DNA of 63,402 bases, the filler included, from Chiloscyllium plagiosum (taxonomy: Eukaryota), in assembly GCF_004010195.1 (NCBI RefSeq). It is 4 parts of one record of this genome, joined end to end, with 100 filler letters (N's around TTAATTAATTAA, not from the genome) between each part and the next. Parts side by side here need not be neighbours in the genome. Positions count along the whole stretch, not along the records: positions 59,070 to 63,402 come from NC_057717.1; 3 more parts are not named here. The stretch is one strand, 5' to 3'. Below are positions 63,216-63,402 of this stretch, piece after piece (position 1 is the stretch's first letter; every line of letters begins with the position of its first letter). Both the position numbers and the translations under genes were made by a program. Under the pieces are notes generated by a model that did not search any database, was not told the DNA's origin, and was given only the letters and a program-made list of their open reading frames with translations.

Positions 63216-63402
63216 AAATAGGATTTGCAAATCTTCTGAAAACTCGCTCCCGTTTCGATGGATTTCCCTAAGTATATCACTCCCCCTTCGTCAAATACAT
63301 TTTAACCGTATAGTAAAATGTTCATCGCTTCCAAACAGGAACCTCATCCTTTATGTGTCCCTAAATGAAACAAGTTGATGATGTATGTAGTTCTGAGCAT
63401 TA

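Overview
Eukaryotic, repeat-dominated scaffold segment, most likely from a cartilaginous fish (shark). That assignment is inferred from HE1-type V-SINEs, abundant CR1 LINEs and a GPR139-like receptor family typical of chondrichthyans. Most of the window is decayed retroelements: CR1 LINEs, three Penelope-like (PLE) families, a Ty3/Gypsy RT fragment, solo LTRs, and a class I (epsilon-like) endogenous retrovirus remnant running from RNase H to a 3' LTR. The only host-gene material I can support is GPR139/GPR142-like GPCR sequence: an open first coding exon on the minus strand (15214-15346) and a pseudogenised second exon on the plus strand (about 49005-49905), with a near full-length CR1 apparently inserted at its splice acceptor. 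The clearest hidden structure is about a dozen minimal hammerhead-ribozyme cores (CUGANGA-stem II-GAAA-NN-UH) in PLE terminal repeats. Many sit in 90-900 bp foldback or mini-insertions with 7-15 bp target-site duplications. Three 100-bp N-TTAATTAATTAA-N spacers are assembly joins, so order and orientation across them are uncertain. Family assignments are from motif recognition by eye, not database searches, and most element boundaries are approximate.
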